Position numbers and translations under genes: made by a program. The notes beneath the pieces were generated by a model. The model was not told the DNA's origin. It was given only the letters and a program-made list of their open reading frames with translations, and made no database searches. DNA of 64,000 nucleotides from Nemertoderma westbladi (lineage: Eukaryota; Animalia; Xenacoelomorpha): NCBI GenBank assembly GCA_032718475.1, contig JAUCBJ010008928.1, positions 62,001 to 126,000 on the forward strand, given 5' to 3'. Below, piece after piece: positions 36,138 through 48,270 of this stretch (position 1 is its first letter; each line of letters opens with the position of its first letter).

Positions 36138-37939
36138 GGTAATACTGTAAGTGTGTTATTCCCCATTATCTTCACTCACCTACGAGTAATTTATTGCTAA
36201 GGCTTCAAACATTTCTAAAAGGGTTTTGTTTGGGGGGAGTTGATTAAAAATGGGGCGTGGTATTTTGGGGGGGAAATAACTATGCATACAGTATATATTT
36301 TATCACTATTCTTTTCCTATATTGATACGATTTAATTCAACGACTATGACTTATGGTAGACATTATTTCAGAATCTTATTTTATGTCAATTATTTCAGTC
36401 ATTTTTAATGCTTTTTCATATGTGGCCTTTCTGCGCAGTAGAGCAATCAATACATTATGTATTTATATACTGTAGTAGGTAATAGCGTAAATTTTATAGC
36501 TCTATTTCTCAGATTTATTTCCCAGCTACAGATAAGGGGACTTTCGACGCAATAAAAAGTGGGTGTAGCCAGGGGGCAATTTTGCTTACATCCGCAAATG
36601 GTGGCTAAATGAGTACTGAAGTTTCCTCTGAGGAGTATAGTTCTGGGGGGGGGGGGCACTGGAAATAAGTCATCCGACTTTGCACGTAATCCCTGATCTA
36701 ACGGCCGATTAAAAGTTTTACTTTTTTATTTATTTTTTGGATTTTTCATTTATTGTTTTGGTTAGAATAACGTGCCATTGTAAACAGCTCATTTCCCTTA
36801 ATTTAACATTGAGATGAAATACGAATTCGCCGAGATAGGATTTGCGCCCAATTACCCCCCCCCCCCCCCCCCCCCCCCCCTGTCTCCCCAACCATCGATC
36901 TTTCCTGAATCAATTTTCTGTCCGTTGTTGGGTGATCGTTAAAGTGCATACCCGCCGCTACTGCCCTACGTCGCATGCTTGATGTATAACTACTTACATT
37001 GATGCAATAATCGTAAATGTTTAAATTTGATACTGATTTATGGATTATACAATTTTTTGATAGAAATACAATTTTTTTATGGAAATACTTTTTTTTATTT
37101 CCTAGCTATTTTTAAATAAATAAAAAAAAACTAGCATATGTTCTAGAAGGTAATCTTTTTTGATTTTATTTGTGTTCTAGAATTGTAGCGGTATATATTA
37201 CTTTTCTTTTGTTCAACAACTCATCAACGTATCCAAAGAAACAATGATATGTTTTAAAAATATAGTCAATACGGAACTCTTGCCAAAACTAATTCCTTCT
37301 AGAATATTATTTTTTCAAAAGGAACTACAGTATAAAACATTGAAATTATATATAAAAATTAACAAGTGCTGCGATAAAAAAAATTGTATGGGCAAATAGG
37401 AGAACGGAACCAGTGTCGAAAATAATAGCTATGTTTATATAAAACATGGCTATCATAAAATTCAGTTGCTTGAATATGAAAGGGACATTTGATCATTGAA
37501 GGAATAATTGTATCAAATGTGAATTTCCAGAACTCTCCTCATATTATCAGGTCTCAATCTTTAAAATCGGTTCCAGATTTATTATACCTAACTACCTCCT
37601 ACTTATGCTAGGCATCTGTACACTTGTCGCTCGCTGTCTTACGGGATCATACCTTTCGGCAACAATTCTGTAATAAGTTCTAAACAAAGTAACCTAGTGG
37701 ATGGAACCTAATAATATGCGAATATTTTATATTTTATTATTATATTCAAATTGATTGGCAGTAACTAAGCTACCAAAAGCGGGATAGGATTAATAACTGG
37801 TTATTTTCCCTAGGGCGAATTCAGATATTTTTTTACATAGCCCACCATTGTATTGTTATTTTAAACAGTTTGTAATGGGGAATAATACATTTTAAATTTT
37901 GTTTAAATTTTCGAACTTCACTACAGTTTTATATGTAGG

Positions 37940-38195
37940 AAAATGCGTAGAACATAGTCAACCACAATTACAGTAGGAATAAGAATGGCGCAAGTGTGTC
38001 TCCCTGGAAGACTCACCATAACACTTCAAATTGTTCTGTGTCACCGTCAATAGAAGACACAAAAGACGTCGAACCATCGCATACAGATCAGATTGCTGCA
38101 ATAATTTCATCAGGAGTCTCATGTAATGAAAGTATGCTGAACATACGTGAGCGAAACACTAAATTAAAGGCCTTGAAAAAGTCAACAAAGTTTAC
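37940..38195 (-). mobile_element. diverged RTE LINE RT fragment
   Basis: Homologous to 13300-13545 (FVDFFKAF...QGDTLAPFLF). Confidence 0.8.
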
Positions 38196-38426
38196 AGTAT
38201 GAAACTAAGTTTCATTGTTATGGTACTGTACTTGGATTCAAGGACACTTTTCATTTTAACACTGAAAACGCAAAACGGTACATGAGTGTTCACCTAATTA
38301 AAAAAAATTATAAAATTATAATAATAAATAATAATTGTATTATTACAGTATTAACTAGCAAAAATTAATTCAATAACAAAATAAGAAAGGTAGGGGGGGG
38401 GGGGGGTGTGTGTAAGTTAGTCTGTT

Positions 38427-38669
38427 TCATTGGGGAGGGGGGTTATATGTTAGCGCCCGGCGCACAATGTCGTTCAACATTGAGTGGCGTGGAAGTCTGC
38501 CGAGGCTCCTTGAGCTGGAAAGACCATGAAGGCCATCCGACAGAACATCCTTGCCGCACCGGGCACAGCTGTGGGGCTCCGTCAGCTTGCACCCAAGACG
38601 AGTGCCGACCGTGATCCGGAACTGCGAGTCCGTCAGCTTCAGTCTCAGAGAGCTGACTTTATTTACCAT
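38427..38669 (-). mobile_element. CRE-clade-like non-LTR retrotransposon fragment (zinc-knuckle region)
   Basis: LKLTDSQFRITVGTRLG...PHSCARCG...GLHGLS...GRLPRHSMLNDIVRRAL. Confidence 0.7.
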
Positions 38670-38882
38670 TACATTGTCTTATCATTTAACATAAGATTGC
38701 TGTATCCATGGATATTCTTCGTTCTAGAAACGTTTGCTATGTAATTTTAAAGTTGCATAGTATTTTTCGAATTGAAACATTAACGGTGGGACAGTATGAC
38801 ATTATAACACATTATAAACAATAATGAAACATATAAACCCAGTTTACGGTACATTAAAATGTACTTAAAAATCGATAAATAA

Positions 38883-40023
38883 GGGGGGGTAGCGCATTTT
38901 CTGACCAAAAAGTCGAATTTTTGAAACATATCTTATCTAATGCAGAATTTCATGCTGAATCCAAATATGGAAACCGTTTTCTTATATCTTGCTTAGTTTT
39001 CGAGATATCTGTGATAGAAGATACTGGCTCCGATATATCGCGATATTGGTAAAGGAGATGAAGTTTGGGGTTTGCATTCAATTTCTGCAAATTTCTGTGC
39101 TCAGTGGTGCTAATTGGATGTCTCCACGAGAAAGAGCACAAAACTTTAATTGGGAAGGTATTTTTTTGTGATTATTGGACCTACTGATCAGTTTATAAGA
39201 CAACTTCAATTCTCCGGAATGAAGACGGGACTCGAATAAGCGACTCTGCGGTCTTTGCTGGATTACACGAAATAGACTTATCGGTCATCGGATATCTTCA
39301 AAATATGTAATCTCCAGTTCTAGTTGTCGTACGGAGTTCGTTTTGGGCTCATTCGAAAGCTCTTTTCTCAGAGACGACCAAAGTTATAATTTAGTTTGGC
39401 AAACTCTTGAAAGCTGCCTGAGCAATCACAACTTGAACAAAATTTGCAAGGCATATTTTACCCAAATTCATGTTATGTTACTTTATAACCATTTTGTCTT
39501 AAATCAAATGGTAACTTTGTTCTCTAAGAAAAGAGCTTTCGAATGAACCTAAAACGAACTTAGTACGACCACTAGAACTGGAGATTACACATTTTGAAGA
39601 TCTCCGATGACCGATAAGTCTATTTCGTGTAATCCAGCAAAGACCGCAGAGTCGCTTATTCGAGTCCCGTCTTCATTCTGGATAATTGAAGTTGTCTTAT
39701 AAACTGACAAGTAGGTCCAATAATCATAAAAAAATATCTTCTCAATTAAAATTTTGTGCTTTTTCTCGTGGAGACATCCAATTGGCACCACTGGACACAG
39801 AAAATTGCAGAAATTGAATGCAAACCCCAAACTTCATCGCCTTTACCGATATCGCGATATATCGGAGCCAGTATCTTCTATCCCAGATATCTCGAAAACT
39901 AAGCAAGATATGGGAAAACGGTTTCCATATTTGGATTCAGCATGAAATTCTGCATCAGATAGGATATGTTTCAGTCTTTTTGGTCAGAAAATGCGCTACC
40001 CCACCCCCCCCCCCCCCCCCCCC
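38883..40023. mobile_element. foldback MITE, Kolobok-like
   Basis: About 500-bp inverted arms (38883-39390 / 39500-40023), GG...CC termini, flanked by ATAA and TTAA. Confidence 0.8.
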
Positions 40024-40689
40024 TTAAAACCTTATACTGTAGGATAGTTCAAATATACAATGAAAAAAGTATTCCTGTATAATACGAGTTGTATAGGGTG
40101 TAGGAATATGATATACGTCATTTCAATATTGCATATTATTGCATACGGGGGAGTTCCGAGAGTGAGGTAATTAATCATAAGAGTGAAAGAACTAACCAAA
40201 AGGGTGTTGACCGAGGATAATATAAGTGAAAGGGACGTAGTGTGATATGAGGCAACAATTAGCTAACAATGGGTGTGTACGAAGGACGTGGTGTGACACG
40301 AGCAAACAATGAACCAATGTGGAGTGCAAGTAGTAAAATTGGCAATATACGATTAAACGGCTTTGCATCAGTAAAGGGACCCATTGTATAAGGGTGTAAC
40401 AATTTGTAGAGTAGGTGATAACAACAACTCTTGGTACCATGTAGGGGGAAGGGACTATGCCCTCATGGCCCTTTTAGTTGGAGTCAATGTGCGAATTGAA
40501 GTCGAACAGCTTACCGGTATGTGCTTATTGAGTTTCGATTATGATATATAAACTATGATTTAGATGCAATTTATTATTCCATCTTGTGTTAGCGTAAGTT
40601 TACCAGTCGAGATCGCATATCGTCTCTCACTGTATGTGAAGATGATACTAACGGTGATAGAGTAAGAACAACGTTATATTATACATTAA

Positions 40690-42214
40690 CCCTATTAAAC
40701 CCGGGGGGGGGGGGGTCAATATGACCCCCCCCGTGGTTTTTTTTATTATAATTCTAAAACAAACGCAGTTTGGAATCTGAAATTTTATGACTTTTCCTAA
40801 AAATCTATTGTCTTCCTAGTAGTGAAAACCGTTTTCAAAAATATTGAGTAGTTTTCGAGTTATAGCACCATTTTTTAACCCTACTTTTGGCACTTTTTTT
40901 GAGACGTTTTTTGAAAATTACATTTCATTAAATATTAATTGTAACATCTCTATTTTTGATTTACACCGGTTTTTTGGTGTTAGCAATTCGATGGAATTCA
41001 TATAAATTGTTTTAGAAATTTCAAACTTGTTCTTTTCGCGGGTGCCAAATGTCAATTTTGTAAATTGATTGTTTGAAACTTGTTTTTTACGCAATTGGGT
41101 TTTTTGGGGTTCTGGTTTCGATGAAATATATACGAGTTGCACCAAGCGTATCAAACTTGTATTTTTCGGTGCTGTGTGCAAATTTTGGTGCTAGCACGAA
41201 ATTTTGAAAATCCATTCAATATATAAATTGCTTGTGACAATTTATTTCTTGCATTTTAGAGGTTTATGGCTGTTCTGAATTCAATGGAATACATAATTAT
41301 CGAACTAGACATCTCAAACTTGTATTTTTCGGAAGTGGGTGCAAAATGTGGTGCTAGCACCAAATTTTGAAAACCATCATATATATCAATTGATTGTGTC
41401 ATCTTGTTTCTTGCTTTATACGGGTTTGTTAGGGTTCTGAATTCAATGGAATTAGTAAAAATTTCATAAGAGTTTTCAAACTTGTATTTTTCGCCGGTGG
41501 GTGAAAATTGTTGTGCCAGCACAAAATTTTGGAAAATGAGTAAATTGATCAGTAGATAGTATCATCTTGTTTCTTGCGTTATACGGGTTTTTGAGGGTCC
41601 TGAATCCGATGGAATCAATAAAAACAGCACTGGACATCGCAAACTTGTACTTTGTGGTTATGGGTACGAAATTTAGTGCTAGCACCAAAATTTGCCAAAT
41701 TACGCCGAAAAATACAAGTAGCAATGATCTGGCATATTTGAAATGTATTCCATTAGAATCAGCGCCCAAGAAAACCTGAAAATGTGCATTTATAGCATCG
41801 TATAAGTGAATTGAAAATTTTGTGTTCTAACTGAAAAGTGCTGGTTACTTGTTTTTTTCATTTTTTTCCTACGCATAGAGGACTAAACAGCCATTTATGG
41901 TAATCTTATCATTTTTAAATATTTTCCAATGTATTTTGCGCTCCAGAAAACCTGTATTGAAAAACAATTAGCCGAAAAATGTAACTTTCAAATTTTGTGA
42001 AAATTGTGCACTACTTGTAATTTTGGTGCTGCAATATTACCTCCCCAGTACATTTTTTCGAAAATTTTTTTTTTCGGTCGGATCCAGACTAGTGATACCT
42101 ACGTACAAACAAAAAATCAGACGTTTTCGTTAATATTTGTAGATTTTAGAGGGAGGGGTCAATATGACCCTCCCCCGGTATTTGTACAGCATTTTATAGC
42201 CGGTACTGATAGGG
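40690..42214. mobile_element. non-autonomous piggyBac-like element
   Basis: TTAA on both sides, CCCTAT...ATAGGG imperfect 15-bp TIRs, subterminal palindrome GGGGTCAATATGACCC at both ends and internal degenerate repeats of about 170 bp. Confidence 0.85.
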
Positions 42215-42218
42215 TTAA

Positions 42219-45200
42219 ACTTCTTCAACGCACTATCCTATCTTTTGACCTACCCGGGAGACAGACCAAACCCTCGACTGGCTAGTATCCGTGCTAGTAC
42301 GACGGCAGGACCCCTGGTTCTGCTTCTGAGCAGGAACGACACAATGCGTAGAGAGAGCCCGGGCCGGTAGACTATGCAGCAACGTTGGCCGAAGCATTAA
42401 AGACACGATTTGAACTACCAGAAGTAAAACCTTTTTTAGTTCACGGGAGAATACCCCGAAGAATTTATCCAATTCAAACAACTATTTATGATGGAAGTGT
42501 ACAATAAAAACATCTCGGATCAACAAAAAATGAGATACCTATTAGTGTATACAGCATCAACCGCACACGAAGTAGCAAAGCAATACATGGGATTAACAAA
42601 CGGTTTGACATAAGCTTGGAAAGCATTAGAACGGAGGTTTGGAAATCCAGGTAAAATACTTCAAGCGACAGTGAATAAATTAGTCGAAAACGGGAAAATC
42701 GTAACAGTGCTGGAAATACGGACATTCACAGAGAGAGTTAATAAGGCATTAATCTCTCTAGATGAGTTAGGAATGCCACACGAATTAAACGCAACAAATA
42801 ACATGAGAGCATTAGTGGACTTACTACCACAGTACATAAGAAACTCATGGAGAAAGGAGGTGGCCAATATTAGATCGAGCAGAGGACGAGAACCACAACT
42901 CAGAGAATTAGGAGGATTTCTATAGGATCATATGGAAATAATCGACAATCCAGTTTATGGAGAAGAATTACTACCGAGTAATATTAAAGTAAATTAGGTC
43001 AAGAAGAAGGAGAAGGAGGAGAGTAAGGATAAGAAACAGGACTACAAGAAAATGTTCGACTCAGCAAGCGGGTCAGCCATACATAGCGTGTCGAGCGAAA
43101 GGTCACCAGCGAGACCATGGGAAAACGTAGTGAGATTCACGGAACCCGTAGAGAAAAACAATCGCAGTGCAAACGTCAGAGAAACACCAACAAGAGTGTG
43201 CAATCTACAAGCGAGATGTTATCTACACCCGAGGACAGACAGCCATAGTCTAAAGGATTGTATTATGTGGAAGGGATTCCTAGCCAGTGGACAGTGGGAA
43301 TACATTAGGTTAAACGGGTCATGTAGTTGGTGTTTAAAGCACGGACATATTTCGAAAAGTTGTCAAGAAAGAAGGACCAAGGTAGACGATAGAAGTCAGG
43401 ACTACTGGGGAAGGGAGACAAACCGCAGCAGGAGTGTGGAAGGCCAGAGGGGCCGGGCATGGAGTAACAACCGAGATTACAACCGCGACAAACGGGTCGT
43501 AACCAATATCGAGAACCACGAGGAAATGAGTATTATTATCGAAGCCAGTCAAGTAACGGGTATCGGGTACAATCACTGATAGGAAATAGGTGGGAACGGA
43601 AAGAACCTACCACGAAATTTGACCAATCAACAGAAACAAGTAATTTACTAGAAGGAAATCAACAGGAAACGATCACCAAGAGAGTCGGGACATATATGAC
43701 AATAACCAGGAAACGGGTCTATTTAAAAATAGTACCAGTACTGATTACGACAAATAAAAATAAACAGGGTGTCACAACCTACGCTTTATTGGACGAGGGA
43801 GCTTCGTCAACATTAATTTCAGAACGAGTAATCAATAAATTACGCGAGAAAGGGGAGGAATTTATTATGAAACTCGCCACAGTAGGCAATCGGATGGAAA
43901 ATATTCCATCCAGACTAGTAGACGTAAAGATATCAGCAGTAGAAGGAAGAGGCAATTTCAGTATATCGGCAGGGAAGATTGCAACCATGGACCATTTCGG
44001 AATTAGCAAATCCCAACCTACGGAATGGCAAACAAACCAATACGATCACCTAAAAGGTATTGATTTCAGTCATTATGAAGTAGATGTGCCAACGGTAAGC
44101 ATATTAATTGGAGTAGACAATCCAGCATGTTTTGAAACAATAGAGGAACGGAAAGGAGCATTCGACGGACCATGGGCTAAATTAACACCTTTTGGATGGG
44201 TAGTATATGGCCCTGTGGAGGGAGATGACGACGAATTAATATTATCAGACAATTCGGAAAGCGAAAGTAGTGACGATGAAAGTAGACATGACGGAATTAA
44301 TTATATGAGACCGAAAGAAGTTGATTTAGAAACCATTTATAGACAGGATTGTGAGGGATTATTCAACCCAACGATAGGAGAATCACAGGAGGATATTAGA
44401 GCAAGAAACTAGATGGACAAAACATTGGTTTTTCGAGATGGACATTTCGAGATAGGAATGTTATGGAAAGATAAGGAACAAACGCTCAGAAATAATAAAC
44501 AAATGGCATTAAAACGACTAGATAGATTGAAGTCGAAACTAGCGCGAAATGATAAGCAACATAAAGCAGAACAAGCGGCAATCGATAAATACATAGTGAA
44601 AGGATGGGCAGTAAAATTACTGCCAGGAATATTGGATACATTTAAGACTAATTATTTGCCATTGCATACTGTATGGGAACCACACAAAGACAGATATAGA
44701 GTTGTACAGGACGCTAGAGCAAAAAGCGGAGGGAAATGTCTTAACGACTATTTATTGGAAGGACCAAACTTATATAATACTGGACTGGATATATTATGGC
44801 ATTTTTGAGAAGGGAAATACGCATTTATATGTGATGTACAAGCAATGTTTCATCAAGTGTATGTGACGTCAGAAGACACAGATAGTTTATGCTTTCTGTG
44901 GTATGAGGGAAATCAAGACGGAAATAGTCAGCATAATATTGACATATATAAAATGTTAGTTCACATATTCGGAGCGAAGTCATCGCCATGTATTTGTACC
45001 CACTGCATGAGGGAATCTACCAAACTCACCAAACCAGATGGGAAACAATGGGATGATGAAGTCAAACAGATGATTAACCAACAGTTCTACGTAGATGACG
45101 GCACAGATGATTAACCAACGGTTCTACGTAGATGATGGTGTAGGAACACGTAACGCAATAAATCAATTAATTAAATTAGCCAAGGGAACCAGAGAATGTC

Positions 45201-45890
45201 TAGCGCAAGGAGGATTTACACTAACCAAATTTGTACCAAACTCACCGGAATTTATTAAAGCCATGGAAGTAAAGGCGGCCTCTATAGTGCCGAGTGCAAA
45301 GGCGGCCTCTATAGTGCTGAGTGCAAAGGCGGCCTCTATAGTGCCGAAGGTTGAGACAACCTACATGAAACCGGAAGTTCAGGAAACCAATAAAGTATCA
45401 GATTATAAGGCGACCTATATAGTGTAACACACAGAAAGTGCACCGATGTTAGAGAATATGGAAATAAATACATTAAATTCAACATCGCAACCAATTATGG
45501 AAACTGATAGTAATCAAGATTTCGATGAGTTAGAATTAACTGGAGAAATACCAATAAAGGAACCTCTAGTGTCAACAGATGGGACATCAGGTGGCACCAG
45601 AGTGTTAGGGATAGCATGGAATACGGAAACTGATAACTTGGAATATAAGTTCAGTATTGACTAAACGAAAGGACATAGTAAGAGGGCGTATGTATCAATA
45701 TTAGCAAAGATATATGACCCACCAGGATTAATATTGCCAATATTAATAATCGGCAAACAAATTCTGAAGGAAGTACACCTATTGAAAGTAGGTTGGAATG
45801 AATCCATACCAAAGGATATTCAGGTTAAATGGACAAAATGGATAGATAGTTTGCAACAAACAGAAAAGCTTGTTATACCGCGACCGACAT
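42219..45890 (+). pseudogene. BEL/Pao element D gag-pol, degenerate and truncated after RT
   Basis: Gag knuckle CSWCLKHGHISKSC, protease YALLDEGASST...PWAKLTPFGWVVYGP, RT YLPLH...RVVQDA...LNDYLLEGPNL...MFHQV...HIFGAKSSP...FYVDDG, and RVLGIAWN...IYDPPG...IPR. Many stops and frameshifts. Confidence 0.92.
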
Positions 45891-46115
45891 AATTTATTAT
45901 GATGATATAATTTATTAACATATTACGATGACTTATTGACATTATATAATGACATACCATGACATATTGACATACCGCAAAGCGTATGAGAATTGATTAA
46001 TTTAATTTGAAATTTGTGCGATATGAGAAAATATAAGCACTATAAAATAATTTAAAATAATGAAGAATGGGGATGAAATAGTATTACTTAAATGGGCGTG
46101 ACAGTAAGTCCCATA

Positions 46116-46654
46116 AGTAGTAGGGTCTTGGCCGGCTCTGTGACAGTTAGACCTAACTGACACCCATTGGGTGTCATATGACACCCAATTATCACCCTAT
46201 GGGTGTCATTGGGTGTCATTGGCGCCAGACTGTCTGGGTGACACCTCCCAATTAGGCTAATTAGACCCTAATTGACAGATGTCATCAATTAATTAGTACA
46301 ATTAAACCCTAACATGTGTCATATGACTCCTAATTAGGGTTTAATTGAATATCCTAATTAATCAGACTGATTAGCGCCCTGACACACAATGGGTCATCAG
46401 TGATGTCTAACTGTCACAGAGCCGGCTCAAGAGGGTGTCATAAGTGACACCGCAGCTCTTTTATTCATTAATACCTATTTATTTATATTTAATTTTAATT
46501 AATTATTTGTATTCTATTCTATTTTACTTTATTTATTCATTTGTACTTTATTTTAAATTAATTAACTGTATTAATTTTACTTTATACATTGATTTCTATT
46601 TTAGATTAATTAGTTTTTATATTACCAATGAGATCACTATGACATAATGTCTAT
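46116..46654 (+). repeat. left TIR
   Basis: Reverse complement of 61218-61751, with a few SNPs and a 5-bp indel. Confidence 0.97.
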
Positions 46655-47139
46655 ATTTAACTTTATAATGGCTATGGTATACGGCTCCCTACTGGCAACT
46701 ATCAACTACGTTCATCGGCGGGGGCCCCTCCTCTGCCGTCGCTTTTCATTAAGTAGATACAACAGGCAGTGAATCTATACGTATACCCCCCAGGCAAATA
46801 TAAATGAGCGATCCCGTCTGTTAGCAGTCCCTTCGATGACTCACTAATAATCCCATCGCGGCCTTGACTACAGCAAATCCGTATATCGCCCAAGGCTAAT
46901 GCTCAAGCGGCCCTCCATTGTTCCCACTATAGCCGGCGTCGCTTTGTCCCTTTCCTATATCCAGGCAGCCCGTATCATAACAATGAAGCGCCACTAATCA
47001 CGCATTCCTCTCTACTAATCCCTTTCCTTTGCACCAGACCTGCTTCTGTTATACAGCCAACTCAACATAATTAGTCAAGATGTCTACGGGGGTTTTCTAA
47101 TATAGAATCAACACGAGAAGTTGCCTTGGTAACCGCTTT

Positions 47140-47205
47140 TGCGCGAACAGCCAATCAGCGGGCTTCATTTCTGCTGCTGCGCTCTGATTGGCTCATTTAA
47201 GAGAC
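47140..47205 (+). promoter_or_regulatory. putative polB promoter (two CCAAT boxes)
   Basis: AGCCAATCAG at about 47150 and CTGATTGGC at about 47185. A downstream donor GTAAGT lies at about 47558 and an acceptor TTTTCTAG just before the polB ATG. Confidence 0.45.
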
Positions 47206-48270
47206 AAGGGCCTCCCCTACTAACCGAATTGCTATTTAATACATCCCCACTAATATATTACGTCATTAATTCAAATGCAAGTTACGATTAACATCATTTA
47301 CCATTATTTTGTTTTCGAATTTAATATTATTTATTTAAGAATATTTATTTATTATCATCAGTCAACAACCCACTTATATTATTGTCATTTCGCCTCGTTA
47401 TCGCTCATCGTCGACAACAAACTTTCCGCGTATCCGCCGCGTAATATTCTTCCAATACCATTCCGTTCTATCGGTTAATAAACTCTCTCGTCGTCCACGT
47501 CAACCAACTTCCTCGCGAACGTCCAAACTTCATCTTTCCGTGAATATTTACTAATACCGTAAGTAAAATCTGCCTTCCACCATCTCCATCGACGCCGCTA
47601 GCAAACAATTTACCTTTAATGTCTACCGGTACAACAGTATTGCAGTAGGCTCATTATTAATTACTGTCAGACTGCGGTGATACCGATAGCCTAAACCGTG
47701 ATCGAAGCATTCGATCAATAGGCCTACATCTACCTATCTGCTTGTCTACCCAACTACCGATACCGCTTCATTCGAGTTAGCCTAGGCCTAGGGCCATCGT
47801 AGTAGCGCTATAGACCCTACTGAACAACAATGAATACTGCAGTTTTCACTATATATCCTACTGACTAACTGAGTTCTCACACAGCGATTAGCTAAGCCTA
47901 TCGTTGATTTCTATTGGTTAACGCTACCGATACGTCTGACTTCTGGCAGACTTTTCACTAGCACTACTGCACTGACTGACTGCTGTTTATAGACCCTCTT
48001 TCCATGAATAATAACTGCCATCGCTATTGTGTCTTGGTTATCGCCACTATCTGACCGCTGGTACACTAACACTACCACACTAGTCACTACCGACGGTCTG
48101 CTTTATGTTTCACTGACTGATTGCTACAATATAGCAATAGGCCTAACTGTACAAACATAGTATTGTTGCCTAGTAACCAATTAATACCTACTGTTTTACT
48201 TTATTTTTAGCAAGTATACAGTATTTTTTATTTTTTTTACGAATAATCAACTTATTTTTCTAGATTCAAG

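Noticed and set aside
38950-40027. Paired small ORFs on opposite strands
   Set aside because: They are artefacts of the foldback MITE arms.
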